A stretch of DNA of 64,000 bases from assembly GCA_027484915.1 (NCBI GenBank), contig JAIXSA010000018.1:7059-71058 (forward strand), written 5' to 3'. Positions 10,658 through 20,424 of the stretch are shown here, piece by piece. Source of the DNA: Paracoccaceae bacterium (lineage in GTDB: Bacteria > Pseudomonadota > Alphaproteobacteria > Rhodobacterales > Rhodobacteraceae). Position numbers and translations under genes: made by a program. The notes beneath the pieces were generated by a model that saw only the letters and a list, made by a program, of their open reading frames with translations, did no database searches and had not been told where the DNA came from. The number at the start of each line of letters is the position of its first letter. Within the stretch, counting starts at the first letter, position 1.

Positions 10658-10801
10658 GACGCGGGCTGGCTATCACCCCATCCGCGCAGGCGAAAGGGGC
10701 GGTTTCGCCCATCGGCCCTGCGAAATTGCGGGGCTTCGGCCTTAATCGCAAAGGCCCCGATCAGCGCCGGCCGGCCGCCTTCGGTGTAGGTTATGACTCG
10801 G

Positions 10802-11767
10802 TCAATCGCCTTCTTGAATAAGCAGGCGGCGGTTGTCCGGGTTCGCCTGTCCGTGGCTGACGATCCAAACCTCCAGCGGGGCGGCACGGAACGCCTGGAT
10901 GGCATCTGCCATTGCTTCGGTGATCCAGTCGGGGGGATTGCCGAAGGCGCCGCCGCCAAGCCGCGTGAGGAAGACGCGGCGCGCGTCCAGCGCAAGGGCA
11001 GCGGCAAGGGTGGCGCGATAGGCTGCGCCAAGAACAAGCCTTGCGAATGGTTCCCATTCGACTTTCGGCGCGGGCGAATAGGCGATGGGCAGGGCCGAGG
11101 CGTAGACCTGGTGCACAAGGTGCCCCGCGCCCGGCAAGGTGACCTCGGTCGCCTCCTGCACCCCGACCCGCAAGAGACTTGCAAGCCCAGACCTGTCAGC
11201 AGCGGCAATCCGGGCCGAGACGAGCGACAGGCCACCCGGCCGGGGCAGGGCATAGCCGTTTCGCATCTCCCACAGATCGCCGCTTGCATTGCCAAGGGCG
11301 CGGCCAAGATCGGCCAGCATGTCCAGTTGCCGATCAGCGGTCTGGCCGATGCCGCCGTCCAGCGGCACGAAGTAGTTGCGGAAGATCGTGCCCGCAACGC
11401 AGGCCATCGCGCAGGCCGGTCCCTGGGTCCGGTCGGTCGCATAGCAAGCGATTCCGTCGTCCGGAGTTATATCTGGTCCGATCATCTCCAGCAGATTGAA
11501 CTGGGACGCGACCTGGAACACGGCGTTGGCGTTGCGGGGGTCTGCGTGCAGCCGCTGCACATCCGCCACCACTTCGCCGACGCTGATCCGCGCGGGTCCC
11601 TTTGGAGGCGGGGGCAGGTCGACCAGCGCTGGCGTCAGCAGGCGCCCGGCGGTCATCCGTCTGCCCGTGCCAAGGAACACCAGTCCGGTCCCGTCCACCC
11701 GGATGCCTGCGCGCACGGTCTGGGGGTCGTCGCTTTGCAGACCTGTCAGCGCCGTGAACCAGTTCAT
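10802..11767 (-). CDS. Uncharacterised 321-aa protein with macrodomain/PARG-like motifs
   Basis: Start MNWFTALTG at 11767; motifs FQVASQFNLLEM, DRTQGPACA, FLTRLGGGAFGN. Coding status is well supported; the fold assignment is inference. Confidence 0.75.
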   Translation of the reverse strand: MNWFTALTGLQSDDPQTVRAGIRVDGTGLVFLGTGRRMTAGRLLTPALVDLPPPPKGPARISVGEVVADVQRLHADPRNANAVFQVASQFNLLEMIGPDITPDDGIACYATDRTQGPACAMACVAGTIFRNYFVPLDGGIGQTADRQLDMLADLGRALGNASGDLWEMRNGYALPRPGGLSLVSARIAAADRSGLASLLRVGVQEATEVTLPGAGHLVHQVYASALPIAYSPAPKVEWEPFARLVLGAAYRATLAAALALDARRVFLTRLGGGAFGNPPDWITEAMADAIQAFRAAPLEVWIVSHGQANPDNRRLLIQEGD

Positions 11768-11805
11768 TGCGTCCGGCCCAGCCTTCACGTGCCCCCTGCC
11801 CCGCG

Positions 11806-12387
11806 CTACCGGATCGTGAACGCCACCTCGTTCCGCCGCTTCCAGGGCAGCGTCAATGGCGCATCGTAGAAATAGTAGTGCGGTCCGGCGAGGATTTCGT
11901 AGCCCTGACTTTCCGCCCAGGCGCGCAAGGTTTCTGCGCGGTCGCTTAGTCCAGCGCTGCCCGGCAGGCCCGAGAACCGTTCGACCAGTTGCCGCGAGGG
12001 GCCGACGGGAACAAAGCGGATGCGGTCGTCGCGCGGGGCGGGGAGGGTCTCGGTCGTATAGCGGGCCGGCATCATGAAGCTGACGGTCCAGAAATCCTTC
12101 TCGGCGGTCTGCGCCACGGGCACGGTCATGGCGATCTTCTCGCCCGTCGCGTTGCCCCCGAAGATGTAGCCCGCCAGCATCCGGAACCCGGCCTGGATAG
12201 CGCCCTGCCGGCCGCCGACAACCTTCACCTCGGCCAGAAGATGCGGGCCGTAGCTGCGAATCTCGCGCGCACCTTCGGACCATTCGACGCTGTAGGGCGG
12301 CATCTCATAGCCCTTGTGCGTGTCTTCGGCCCCTGCTGTCCCCGCCATCGCTACCCCCAAGACCGCTGCCAGTATCATCTTGCGCAT
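11806..12387 (-). CDS. SOUL family heme-binding protein, secreted
   Basis: Signal peptide MRKMILAAVLG; YEMPPY, GFRMLAGYIFGGN...KIAMTVPV, WKRRNEV. Confidence 0.9.
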   Translation of the reverse strand: MRKMILAAVLGVAMAGTAGAEDTHKGYEMPPYSVEWSEGAREIRSYGPHLLAEVKVVGGRQGAIQAGFRMLAGYIFGGNATGEKIAMTVPVAQTAEKDFWTVSFMMPARYTTETLPAPRDDRIRFVPVGPSRQLVERFSGLPGSAGLSDRAETLRAWAESQGYEILAGPHYYFYDAPLTLPWKRRNEVAFTIR

Positions 12388-12614
12388 CGGAACACCCCTG
12401 CTTTCAAGAGGAGCTAGCTTGCCGGACCGGGATTTCGAGCGTATATCGCCCCCATGTCCGGGTTCATCTACTTCAACATCACCGATCATGCGCGGCTTCC
12501 AGCCCGCTTCTTCGGCATGACCCGCTCGATTCTCGCCCGCGCCTGACTTTCGTCTGTCTGCGCCCGCGCACCCCTTCGCCTGCCCCAAGCCATCCCGAAC
12601 GATAGGTGAGAGCC

Positions 12615-14033
12615 ATGACCGCTCCGCGTACCCTCTATGACAAGATCTGGGACGACCACGTCGTCCATCAGGCCGAGGATGGCACCTGCCTCCTCTACAT
12701 CGACCGGCACCTCGTGCACGAAGTGACCTCGCCCCAGGCGTTCGAGGGCCTGCGGATGACCGGCCGCAAGGTGCGCGCGCCGGAAAAGACCATCGCCGTG
12801 CCGGACCACAACGTGCCGACGACGCTTGACCGCGCCAATGCTGCGACGATGACCGAGGACAGCCGGATTCAGGTCGCGGCTCTCGACAAGAACGCCAAGG
12901 ACTTCGGGATCAACTACTACCCGGTCTCGGACGTCCGTCAGTGCATCGTCCACATCGTCGGGCCGGAACAGGGCTGGACCCTGCCGGGGATGACGGTTGT
13001 GTGCGGTGACTCGCATACCGCCACGCATGGCGCGTTCGGCGCGCTGGCCCACGGGATCGGCACGTCCGAAGTGGAGCATGTGCTGGCCACTCAGACGCTG
13101 ATCCAGCGCAAGGGCAAGAACATGAAGGTCGAGATCACCGGGTCCCTCCGCCCCGGCGTCACGGCCAAGGACATCACCCTGTCTGTGATCGGCGCCACCG
13201 GCACTGCCGGCGGCACGGGATATGTCATCGAATACTGCGGCCAGGCGATCCGCGAGCTGTCCATGGAAGGCCGGATGACGGTCTGCAACATGGCCATCGA
13301 AGGCGGCGCCCGTGCGGGCCTGATCGCCCCGGACGAGAAGACCTTCGCCTACTGCATGGGCCGCCCCCACGCGCCGAAAGGTGCGAAGTGGGAGGCCGCT
13401 CTGGCCTACTGGAAGACGCTTTACACCGATGAAGGCGCGCATTTCGACAAGGTCGTGACGATCCGCGGCGAGGATATCGCCCCCGTTGTCACCTGGGGCA
13501 CCAGCCCCGAGGACGTTCTGCCGATCACCGGCACCGTCCCTGCACCGGAAAGTTTCACTGGCGGCAAGGTCGACGCGGCGAAGCGGTCGCTGGACTATAT
13601 GGGCCTCCAGCCCGGCCAGAAGCTGACCGACATCGCCATCGATACGGTCTTCATCGGGTCCTGCACCAACGGCCGGATCGAGGACCTCCGCGCGGCAGCC
13701 GCGATCCTGAAGGGCAAGAAGATCAAGGTCAAACGCGCGATGGTCGTCCCCGGCTCGGGCCTCGTCCGGGCGCAGGCCGAAGAAGAGGGTCTGGCCCAGA
13801 TCTTCCTCGACGCGGGGTTCGAGTGGCGGCTTGCGGGTTGCTCCATGTGCCTTGCGATGAACCCCGACCAGCTTGCCCCCGGCGAACGCTGCGCGGCGAC
13901 GAGCAACCGCAACTTCGAGGGCCGTCAGGGCCGGGGCGGCCGCACGCACCTGATGTCGCCCGCGATGGCGGCGGCGGCGGCGATCACCGGGCACCTCACG
14001 GACGTCCGCGAGCTGATGGGCGAGACCGTCTGA
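12615..14033 (+). CDS. leuC: 3-isopropylmalate dehydratase large subunit
   Basis: [52 protein letters not shown]; RQCIVH replaces the usual RQGIVH. Confidence 0.97.
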   Translation: MTAPRTLYDKIWDDHVVHQAEDGTCLLYIDRHLVHEVTSPQAFEGLRMTGRKVRAPEKTIAVPDHNVPTTLDRANAATMTEDSRIQVAALDKNAKDFGINYYPVSDVRQCIVHIVGPEQGWTLPGMTVVCGDSHTATHGAFGALAHGIGTSEVEHVLATQTLIQRKGKNMKVEITGSLRPGVTAKDITLSVIGATGTAGGTGYVIEYCGQAIRELSMEGRMTVCNMAIEGGARAGLIAPDEKTFAYCMGRPHAPKGAKWEAALAYWKTLYTDEGAHFDKVVTIRGEDIAPVVTWGTSPEDVLPITGTVPAPESFTGGKVDAAKRSLDYMGLQPGQKLTDIAIDTVFIGSCTNGRIEDLRAAAAILKGKKIKVKRAMVVPGSGLVRAQAEEEGLAQIFLDAGFEWRLAGCSMCLAMNPDQLAPGERCAATSNRNFEGRQGRGGRTHLMSPAMAAAAAITGHLTDVRELMGETV

Positions 14034-15358
14034 TGCAACAGGCGGCGTCCCCGGATGCCGCCAACAGCGGGGCCGCGCACCGGCCCCGCGTTCTGGTCAT
14101 TGCCGAGGCCGCGAACCCCGAATGGGTCAGCGTCCCCCTGATCGGCTGGTCGCTGGCCGAGGCGCTGCGGGGCGTGGCCGATGTTCATCTCGTGACCCAA
14201 ATCCGCAACCGCGACGCCATCCTGCGCAAGGGCTGGGGCGAGGGCACCGACTTCACCGCCATCGACACCGAGGCGATCGCCGCCCCTGCCTGGAAGCTCT
14301 CCCAAATCCTGCGGATGGGCGAAAGCCGGGGCTGGACCATCGTGCAGGCGGTGAACAGCCTGACCTACCCCTGGTTCGAGCGGAAAGTCTGGCAGCGGTT
14401 CGGCCCCGCGATCCAGCGCGGCGACTATGACATCGTCCACCGAATCACGCCGCTCTCGCCTGCCGCCACCGGCTCGTTGGCCGCAAAGTGCCGCAAGGCG
14501 GGGGTGCCCTTCGTCCTGGGTCCGCTGAACGGCGGCGTGCCCTGGCCCAAGGGGTTCGAGGCGGAACAGAAGCAGGAGGGCGAGTGGCTGTCGCGCTTCC
14601 GGGGGCTCCTGAAGGTCTTCCCCGGCCGGGCGAAGATGCTGCAGGCCTGCACCGCGATCCTCTACGCCTCGAAATTCACCCGCCGGGACATTCCCGAAGC
14701 TCTGCTGGACCGGGCGATCTATTTGCCGGAAAACGCCATCGACCCCGCCCGCTTTTTCCGTGAGGCCGCGCCCGAGCCCGGCCTCCTGAAGGCCTGCTTC
14801 ATCGGTCGCTTTGTCCCCCTGAAGGGCCTTGGCATGCTGATCGACGCCGCCCGCCCGCTGGTCGAGGCAGGCAGGCTGGAGCTGCATCTCGTCGGCGACG
14901 GCCCCCTGACGCCCGCGCTTAAGGAGCAGGCCAAGGGGCTGGTGGGCATCCATTTCCACGGCTGGCTGAAGCACGAACAGGTCCAGGATGTGGCCGCCGC
15001 GTGCCATGTGCTGGCCTTCCCGTCGATCCGCGAATTCGGGGGTGGCGCGGTCCTGGAAGGCATGGCGCTGGGCCTTGCCCCCTTGGTCGTCGACTACGGC
15101 GGCCCGGCGGACCTTGTGACGCCCGAGGTGGGGATCAAGGTGCCCCTCACAGACCGCGCGGGGACGACTGCTGCGCTGCGCGCTGCGCTTCAGACGCTGG
15201 CCGCTGACCCGGCCGCGACGGCGCGCATGGGGCAGGCCGCCCGCAAGCTCGTGACCGAGCTTTTCACTTGGCCCCGTCGGGCCGAGCAGATCGCCACCAT
15301 CTACGACTGGGTCCTGGGCCGTCGCCCGACCCGCCCCGAACCCATCCCGCATAGCTGA
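14033..15358 (+). CDS. Glycosyltransferase family 4 (GT-B)
   Basis: [48 protein letters not shown]; TGATG overlap with leuC stop. Confidence 0.9.
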   Translation: MQQAASPDAANSGAAHRPRVLVIAEAANPEWVSVPLIGWSLAEALRGVADVHLVTQIRNRDAILRKGWGEGTDFTAIDTEAIAAPAWKLSQILRMGESRGWTIVQAVNSLTYPWFERKVWQRFGPAIQRGDYDIVHRITPLSPAATGSLAAKCRKAGVPFVLGPLNGGVPWPKGFEAEQKQEGEWLSRFRGLLKVFPGRAKMLQACTAILYASKFTRRDIPEALLDRAIYLPENAIDPARFFREAAPEPGLLKACFIGRFVPLKGLGMLIDAARPLVEAGRLELHLVGDGPLTPALKEQAKGLVGIHFHGWLKHEQVQDVAAACHVLAFPSIREFGGGAVLEGMALGLAPLVVDYGGPADLVTPEVGIKVPLTDRAGTTAALRAALQTLAADPAATARMGQAARKLVTELFTWPRRAEQIATIYDWVLGRRPTRPEPIPHS

Positions 15359-15375
15359 CAGCAAGGCACAGACTC

Positions 15376-15981
15376 ATGGAAAAATTCACCACTCTCACCG
15401 GCGTTGCGGCCCCGATGCCGCTGGTCAACATCGATACCGACATGATCATCCCCAAGCAGTTCCTGAAGACGATCCAGCGGTCGGGGCTGGGGAAGAACCT
15501 CTTCGACGAGATGCGGTACACGCAGGCAGGCGAGGAGATCGCGGAGTTCGTCCTGAACCAGCCGGCTTACCGCCATGCGCAGATCCTGGTCGCCGGCGAC
15601 AACTTCGGCTGCGGGTCGTCGCGCGAACACGCGCCTTGGGCGCTGCTGGACTTCGGGATCCGCTGCGTGATCTCGACCTCGTTCGCGGACATTTTCTTCA
15701 ACAACTGCTTCAAGAACGGCATCCTGCCCGTGGTCCTGCCGCAAGAGGCCGTCGATCACCTGATGGACGACGCCCGCAAGGGTGCCAACGCCCGGATCAC
15801 GGTGGACCTGGAAAGCCAGACCGTCACCGCTTCGGACGGCAAGACGTTCAAGTTCGAGGTCGACGCGTTCAAGAAGCACTGCCTGATGAACGGGTTGGAC
15901 GACATCGGCCTGACGCTGGAGAAGGCCTCGGCCATCGACAGCTATGAGGCGAAGAACGCCACGCTGCGCCCCTGGGCGTAA
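15376..15981 (+). CDS. leuD: 3-isopropylmalate dehydratase small subunit
   Basis: [42 protein letters not shown]. Confidence 0.97.
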   Translation: MEKFTTLTGVAAPMPLVNIDTDMIIPKQFLKTIQRSGLGKNLFDEMRYTQAGEEIAEFVLNQPAYRHAQILVAGDNFGCGSSREHAPWALLDFGIRCVISTSFADIFFNNCFKNGILPVVLPQEAVDHLMDDARKGANARITVDLESQTVTASDGKTFKFEVDAFKKHCLMNGLDDIGLTLEKASAIDSYEAKNATLRPWA

Positions 15982-16064
15982 GTCACATCTGCAGATTGGC
16001 GGACGGCCCGGTCGGATCGGCCGGGCCTTGGTCATTGCGGCACCGGGCTGTTGAGGAGTAGCCT

Positions 16065-17387
16065 GTGGCCATGCTCGTCCCCCTGAAGAACCCGACCTTC
16101 CGGCGCCTTTTTGCAGCGCAGGCGGTAGCACTGACCGGCACCGGGCTGGCCACAGTGGCACTGGGGCTTCTGGCCTATGATCTGGCGGGAGAAGACGCAG
16201 GCGCGGTCCTGGGAACGGCACTGGCGATCAAGATGGTCGCCTATGTGACGCTGGCACCGCTGGCGGCTGTCCTGGCCGCCCGACTGCCCCGCCGGGCCTT
16301 CCTGGTGGCGCTGGACCTGGTGCGGGCCGTCGTCGTGCTGGTCCTGCCGTTCGTGGATCAGGTCTGGCAGATCTACGTCCTGATCTTTCTTCTGCAGGCC
16401 GCTTCGGCGGGGTTCACGCCCGCTTTCCAGGCCACCATCCCCGAGGTCCTGCCGGACGAAACCGAGTATACTCAGGCCCTGTCGCTGATGCGGCTGGCCG
16501 AGGATCTGGAGCAGATCGCCTCGCCGCTGATTGCGGCGGCGCTGCTGGTCTTCGTCTCTTTCCCCGTGCTGTTCGCGGGAACCGTGGTGGGCTTCGTGCT
16601 GTCGGCGGCGCTGGTGGCCGGGTCACGCCTTCCCGTGCGGCGCGTGGCAGAGGACGAGCCCTTTCTCGCCGCTGCGACGCGGGGTTTGCGGATTTACGCC
16701 GCGACCCCAAGGCTGCGCGGGTTGCTGGCGCTGGAGGCCGCAGTCGCGGCGGCGGGCGCCATGGTCTATGTCAACACCGTGGTCCTGGTCGAGACGCGCC
16801 TTGCCCTTGGCGCGCCGCAGGTGGCATTGGCCTTCGCTGCCTTTGGCGGCGGGTCGATCCTGGCGGCGCTTCTTCTACCCCGGCTGCTGCACCGGGCGGC
16901 CGACCGGCCGATCATGCTGGCGGGTGCCGCGGTGATGGTCCTGTCGGTCGCCGCCGTTCCATTGGCCGGTGGTCTTGCTGCCCTCCTTTGTCTGTGGGCG
17001 CTGGCGGGTTTCGGCTTTTCCCTTACGCAGACACCGATCGGGCGCATCCTGAACCGGTCGGCCAGCGACACGGACCGCCCCGCGCTTTTCGCTGCGCAGT
17101 TCGCGCTGAGTCATGCGTGCTGGCTGGTGACCTATCCCCTGGCGGGCTGGATTGGGGCTATAGCCGGGCTGTCCACCGTCGCGCTGGGCCTTGCCGCGAT
17201 TGGGGCGGTGGCGCTTGGTGTCACACTTTTCCTGTGGCCCGCGCGCGATCCGGAGGAGCTGGACCACGACCACCCGGACCTTGCCCTCGGGCATCCGCAT
17301 CTTGCAGAGCATGGCCTTGAAGGAACCCACCGGCACCGTTTCGTGGTCGACCGGCTGCATCCCCGCTGGCCCAGCCCGGCGCGCTAG
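16065..17387 (+). CDS. MFS transporter with His-rich C-terminal tail (NreB-like metal exporter candidate)
   Basis: 12-TM MFS pattern, QFALSHACW, tail HDHPDL..GHPHL.EH...HRHRFVVDRLHPRWP; GTG start with GAGGAG RBS. Confidence 0.8.
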   Translation: MAMLVPLKNPTFRRLFAAQAVALTGTGLATVALGLLAYDLAGEDAGAVLGTALAIKMVAYVTLAPLAAVLAARLPRRAFLVALDLVRAVVVLVLPFVDQVWQIYVLIFLLQAASAGFTPAFQATIPEVLPDETEYTQALSLMRLAEDLEQIASPLIAAALLVFVSFPVLFAGTVVGFVLSAALVAGSRLPVRRVAEDEPFLAAATRGLRIYAATPRLRGLLALEAAVAAAGAMVYVNTVVLVETRLALGAPQVALAFAAFGGGSILAALLLPRLLHRAADRPIMLAGAAVMVLSVAAVPLAGGLAALLCLWALAGFGFSLTQTPIGRILNRSASDTDRPALFAAQFALSHACWLVTYPLAGWIGAIAGLSTVALGLAAIGAVALGVTLFLWPARDPEELDHDHPDLALGHPHLAEHGLEGTHRHRFVVDRLHPRWPSPAR

Positions 17388-18955
17388 GCGTCCCGCTCCA
17401 GCATCGCCTGCAGGGTCGACAGGTGGTCGGCCTCGACCGCAGGTTTGTCGTCGCGGATGCGGTTGATCCGGGGGAAGCGCATCGCGACGCCGGATTTGTG
17501 GCGGGTGGATCGGTTCAGCCCCTCGAACGCCACTTCCACGACCTTGGTGCGCGCGACGGAACGGACAGAGCCGAAGCGTTCCACCGTGTTGCTGCGTACG
17601 AAGCGGTCAAGGTCCTTCAGCTCGGCATCGGTGAAGCCGAAGTAGGCCTTGCCGACGGGGACGAGGTCGTCGCCGTTCCAGACGCCGAAGGTGAAGTCGG
17701 AGTAATAGCCCGACCGCTTGCCGTGGCCGCGCTGGGCGTACATCAGCACGGCGTCGATCAGGTGGGGGTCGCGCTTCCACTTGAACCACGGTCCCTTCAT
17801 CCGGCCCGCCAGATAGGGGCTGTCGCGGCGCTTGATCATCACGCCTTCGATGACCGTTGCAGGCGGGTTCAGGCGCAGGGCTGCAAGCTCGTCCCAGGTC
17901 TGGAAGTCCAGTTCCGGCGACAGGTCTATCCGGTGACCCAGCGGTGCCACCGCCTGCGCCAGCACTGCGCGGCGGGCGTCGTAGGGTTGGTCGCGAAGGT
18001 CCTGGCCGTTCCAGATCAGGACGTCGTAAAGCCGAAGGCCCGCCGGGTGGCTGCGCAGCATTGCGGGCGTCACCGTCTTGCGGTTCAGCCGCTGCTGGAG
18101 GTCGCCGAAGCTGGCGATCTCGTCCCCGCGGCGGACCAGAAGCTCGCCGTCGAGGGTGCCGTCGAAGTCCATCAGGTCGACGATGTCGGGGAAGGCGGTG
18201 CTGATGTCCTCTCCCGTTCTGGAATAGAGCCGCCGCGTGCCGCCGTCGCTGACGGCCTGGATGCGGATGCCGTCCCACTTCCATTCGGCGGCATAGGCGG
18301 AGGGGTCCAGCGCGGATAGCTGCTCCAAGTCGGTCGCGGTGGACAACATGACGGGGCGGAACGGCGCGCGGGCGGCGGCTTCGGGGCGGGGGGCGCTGCC
18401 AGCGGCCCAGGCGAAGAGGTCAAGGTAAGGAGGGGTGAGGGCGTGCCAGATCTCTTCAACCTCGGTCACCGGCAGATTGGCCCAGGTGGCAAAGGCGGTG
18501 CGGGCAAGGCGGGCCGAGACGCCCACCCGCAGCGCGCCGGTGGCGAGCTTGAGGTAGGCATAGCGTTCAGAGGGGCCAAGGCTGTCCAGCCGCGAGATGA
18601 TGAGGGCGGGCAGCCGGGTCTTGGGCGTGGTGGAAAGTTCTTCGACGACCTCGGACAGGGGTGGGTCCGACCGCGTGCCCTCGGGCCAGATCAGCGCGAT
18701 GGTTTCAGCAAGATCGCCGACGAAGTCATAGCTTGCGGCGAAAAGCTGAGCGTCCACTCGTGTTTCCGCCAGCCCACGCAACAGGCTTGGCGTGACCTGC
18801 CGCAGCTTCAGGTCGCCGGTGATCGCGGCCAGCATAAGTCCGCGCTGGGGGTCGAGGGTGTCGCTAAAGGCTTGGGCCAGAAGCCTTTCCTTCCCCAGCC
18901 TTTGCGGCGTGAAGGCCAAGCGTTCCAGAAGCGTGGCGAAGGCGGCAAGGCTCAT
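17384..18955 (-). CDS. ATP-dependent DNA ligase (ligase-associated DNA damage response type)
   Basis: AEWKWDGIR (KxDG), LDGELL, EGVMIKR, WFKWKRDP, RFPRI. Confidence 0.93.
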   Translation of the reverse strand: MSLAAFATLLERLAFTPQRLGKERLLAQAFSDTLDPQRGLMLAAITGDLKLRQVTPSLLRGLAETRVDAQLFAASYDFVGDLAETIALIWPEGTRSDPPLSEVVEELSTTPKTRLPALIISRLDSLGPSERYAYLKLATGALRVGVSARLARTAFATWANLPVTEVEEIWHALTPPYLDLFAWAAGSAPRPEAAARAPFRPVMLSTATDLEQLSALDPSAYAAEWKWDGIRIQAVSDGGTRRLYSRTGEDISTAFPDIVDLMDFDGTLDGELLVRRGDEIASFGDLQQRLNRKTVTPAMLRSHPAGLRLYDVLIWNGQDLRDQPYDARRAVLAQAVAPLGHRIDLSPELDFQTWDELAALRLNPPATVIEGVMIKRRDSPYLAGRMKGPWFKWKRDPHLIDAVLMYAQRGHGKRSGYYSDFTFGVWNGDDLVPVGKAYFGFTDAELKDLDRFVRSNTVERFGSVRSVARTKVVEVAFEGLNRSTRHKSGVAMRFPRINRIRDDKPAVEADHLSTLQAMLERDA

Positions 18956-19950
18956 TCCGCTTCGTCCTCGTAGCCGACGAGGTGCAGGGGGCGGGCCTTG
19001 CGCTGGTTCAACTCGCACCAGCGCATCAGGGCGTCCTCGCGGCCGTGGGTGATCCAGACTTCTGCAGGGTTCAGTTCGGTGATCGTGTCGGTCAGGTGCG
19101 GCCAGTCGACGTGGTCCGAGATGATCAGTGGCAGTTCGACGCCACGCTGCCGGGCGCGGGCGCGGACCTGCATCCAGCCAGAGGCGAAGGAGATCACGGG
19201 GTCGGGGAAGCGTTGCGCCCAAGTGGCGGCGAAGGCCGAGGGGGGCGCGATGACGATGGCCCCGGCAAAGTCGGCCTTCGTCCCCCCGGTGGCGGGGCGC
19301 AGGTCGCCGAGGTCGATGCCCCCCGCGATGTGGTAGTCGCAGAGCCGCTGCAGCGCGCCGTGGATGTAGATCGGCGCGTCCCAGCCTGCCTGCCGCAAGG
19401 CTCCGATCAGCCGTTGCGCCTTGCCCAAGGCATAGGCTCCGATCAGGTGCGACCGTTCCGGGAAGGCCGCGACCGACGCGAGGAGGCGGGCGATCTCGAC
19501 CTCGGGCGGGGGGTGGCGGAAGACGGGGAGGGCAAAGGTTGCCTCGGTCACGAAGATGTCGCAGGGCACCGGCTCGAACGACGCGCAGGTGGGCGACGGG
19601 ACGCGGGCGTAGTCGCCCGAGACCACGATGCGGCAGCCCCGGCCTTCCACCGCGATCTGGGCCGAGCCAAGGACATGGCCCGCGGGGTGGAAGCTGACCG
19701 TCGCCTCGCCCAGCGTGACGGGGCCGTCATAGGCTTGGCGCGACGTACAGAACTCCTCGCCGTAGCGAATCGCCATGATGTCCAGCGTCTGGCGTGTCGC
19801 CAGCACGGCGCCGTGCCCCGGGCGGGCGTGGTCCGAATGACCGTGGGTGATCAGCGCACGCGGCACCGGGCGCAGCGGGTCGATGAAGAAATCCCCCGCC
19901 GGGCAGTAAAGCCCCTCGGGACGGGGAAGGAGAAGCGGCTCGCGGGCCAT
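18952..19950 (-). CDS. Ligase-associated DNA damage response exonuclease (beta-CASP/MBL)
   Basis: ALITHGHSDH, PAGHVLGSAQI, VTEATF, ISDHVDW; 4-nt overlap with the ligase gene. Confidence 0.92.
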   Translation of the reverse strand: MAREPLLLPRPEGLYCPAGDFFIDPLRPVPRALITHGHSDHARPGHGAVLATRQTLDIMAIRYGEEFCTSRQAYDGPVTLGEATVSFHPAGHVLGSAQIAVEGRGCRIVVSGDYARVPSPTCASFEPVPCDIFVTEATFALPVFRHPPPEVEIARLLASVAAFPERSHLIGAYALGKAQRLIGALRQAGWDAPIYIHGALQRLCDYHIAGGIDLGDLRPATGGTKADFAGAIVIAPPSAFAATWAQRFPDPVISFASGWMQVRARARQRGVELPLIISDHVDWPHLTDTITELNPAEVWITHGREDALMRWCELNQRKARPLHLVGYEDEAE

Positions 19951-19990
19951 GCATGCGTCCTGACTGGGTGTCCCGGTGATATGTGGCGTC

Positions 19991-20015
19991 AACGCATTTG
20001 TCCAAGTCGGGATCC
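19991..20015 (-). promoter_or_regulatory. EcfG-type promoter (one mismatch) for the exonuclease-ligase operon
   Basis: Minus strand GGATC-N16-CGTT(GA). Confidence 0.5.
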
Positions 20016-20021
20016 GACCGG

Positions 20022-20046
20022 GGAACAATGGTGGCACAGCCGCGTT
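20022..20046 (+). promoter_or_regulatory. EcfG-type promoter
   Basis: GGAAC-N16-CGTT upstream of the 54-aa ORF at 20098. Confidence 0.75.
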
Positions 20047-20097
20047 GCAGGGTCATGGGTCCGGATGCCGGGCCGCAAACCGCAACGGAGAGCTGCA

Positions 20098-20262
20098 ATG
20101 GACGAACTTACCCTTGGTGCAGTCGTGTTCCTGATCCTGCTGGCCATCTCTCTGGTCGGCCTGTTCTGGTCCTCGCGCCAGGCCGACCGGCTGGATGGCG
20201 AGCGTCGCCAGCGCAGGACACTGGTGCGCGAGGATGGCACGGTGGTTGGAGCCCCGCTTTAG
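20098..20262 (+). CDS. Small single-TM protein (54 aa)
   Basis: MDELTLGAVVFLILLAISLVGLFWSSRQADR...; GGAGAG RBS and EcfG-type promoter. Confidence 0.65.
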   Translation: MDELTLGAVVFLILLAISLVGLFWSSRQADRLDGERRQRRTLVREDGTVVGAPL

Positions 20263-20424
20263 GCATCCAGCAACCCCAGCCGGAACCGTGGCGTTCCTGC
20301 CCGGCCCAACCGGCAAAGCGGCTGGTAACCGGGAGGAGGCTCTGGTTCCGGGTCGCCATGGTCGAAGGCGACCCTGCGGGGCGTCGGTGGCGGGTTGGTC
20401 TTGAACGGCCTTCATCTTGGGCAA

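Noticed and set aside
12517-12546. Leader peptide MTRSILARA* upstream of leuC (attenuation)
   Set aside because: Only one Leu codon, no clear terminator/antiterminator pair, no convincing RBS
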